Positions 63,412 to 64,000 of a DNA stretch of 64,000 nt are shown here, piece by piece. The notes under the pieces are model-generated. The model did no database searches. It worked only from the letters and a program-made list of their open reading frames with translations, and was not told the DNA's origin. This DNA is from an uncultured Acidobacteriota bacterium (GTDB lineage: Bacteria; Acidobacteriota; UBA6911), in contig CAWJKZ010000004.1 of the NCBI GenBank assembly GCA_963843575.1, positions 1-64,000 on the forward strand, in the 5' to 3' direction. Both the position numbers and the translations under genes were made by a program. The number at the start of each line of letters is the position of its first letter. The first letter of the stretch is position 1.

Positions 63412-64000
63412 ATGGCTAGATTCTTTCTGGATCGTCCGGTTTTTGCATGGGTTGTCGCAATCGGCATGATGCTGGCCGGCGGCCTGGCGATCTACAATCT
63501 TCCCATCTCCCAGTACCCCCCGATCGCTCCGCCGTCGATCTCGATCCGAGGCGTCTACCCCGGCGCATCGGCCAAGACGGTGGAAGACAGCGTGGTTCAG
63601 ATCATCGAACAACAGATGACCGGACTGGACCGGATGCTTTACATCCACTCCACGTCCGATTCTTCAGGCATGGCACAGATCGAGCTGACCTTTGCCCCGG
63701 GCACCGATCCCGATCTGGCCTGGGCCAAAGTGCAGAACAAGCTTCAGCTCGCCATGCCGGTGTTGCCGGAGGTGGTCCAGCGCCAGGGTCTCAGGGTCAG
63801 CAAGTCCACCCGCAATTATCTGATGATCGTCGGGCTCACTTCCCTGGATGACAGCCTCGACCAGAATGATCTGTCCGACTACACTTTCTCGCAGATTCAG
63901 TATTCGCTGGCCCGCGTGCCCGGCGTGGGCGAAGTGGAGATGTTCGGCGCCGGGTATGCGATGCGGATCTGGCTGGACCCGAACAAACTCACGAATTACA
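63412..64000 (+). CDS. acrB: RND efflux permease (AcrB family), runs off the window
   Basis: MARFFLDRPVFAWVVAI...LPISQYPPIAPP...YPGASAKTVEDSV read from ATG 63412. Confidence 0.92.
   Translation, partial: MARFFLDRPVFAWVVAIGMMLAGGLAIYNLPISQYPPIAPPSISIRGVYPGASAKTVEDSVVQIIEQQMTGLDRMLYIHSTSDSSGMAQIELTFAPGTDPDLAWAKVQNKLQLAMPVLPEVVQRQGLRVSKSTRNYLMIVGLTSLDDSLDQNDLSDYTFSQIQYSLARVPGVGEVEMFGAGYAMRIWLDPNKLTNY

Overview
GC-rich bacterial window, probably Acidobacteriota (inferred from protein style, not proven), from an indel-prone long-read assembly. Bases 1-4262 are an error-rich inverted copy of 4269-8628 with the apex inside a glycosyltransferase gene, most likely a fold-back read artefact. The rest is a ~55 kb surface-polysaccharide/biofilm supercluster with two minus-strand Wza-Wzc operons. 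Operon A (16.4 to 4.3 kb): PilZ, wza, wzc, wzm, wzt, FAD oxidoreductase, SDR epimerase, Wzy/ligase, GT4s. Operon B (45.7 to 27.9 kb): wza, wzc, a degenerate GGDEF protein with an intact RxxD I-site, priming transferase, GT2, an ATP-grasp/HPrK-like kinase fusion, wzx, wzy, TMK-like kinase, deacetylase, GT4 and two alginate-lyase-like paralogs. Also present: SGNH hydrolase, beta-barrel, UpxY/NusG paralog, DUF4910-like peptidase, FN3, LVIVD and 9x PKD surface proteins, three NarL/LuxR regulators, an atypical kinase, orphan RsbT, a UDP-GlcA epimerase with ugd, a BNR-propeller/MoaD pair and the start of an AcrAB-type pump whose adaptor hairpin is symmetrically lengthened. Four families of intergenic palindromic repeats occur. 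I saw no CRISPR, tRNA, rRNA or transposase. The best candidate for an undescribed system is operon B: a c-di-GMP-receptor-linked Wzx/Wzy pathway with a putative deacetylate/ligate/phosphorylate tailoring module.
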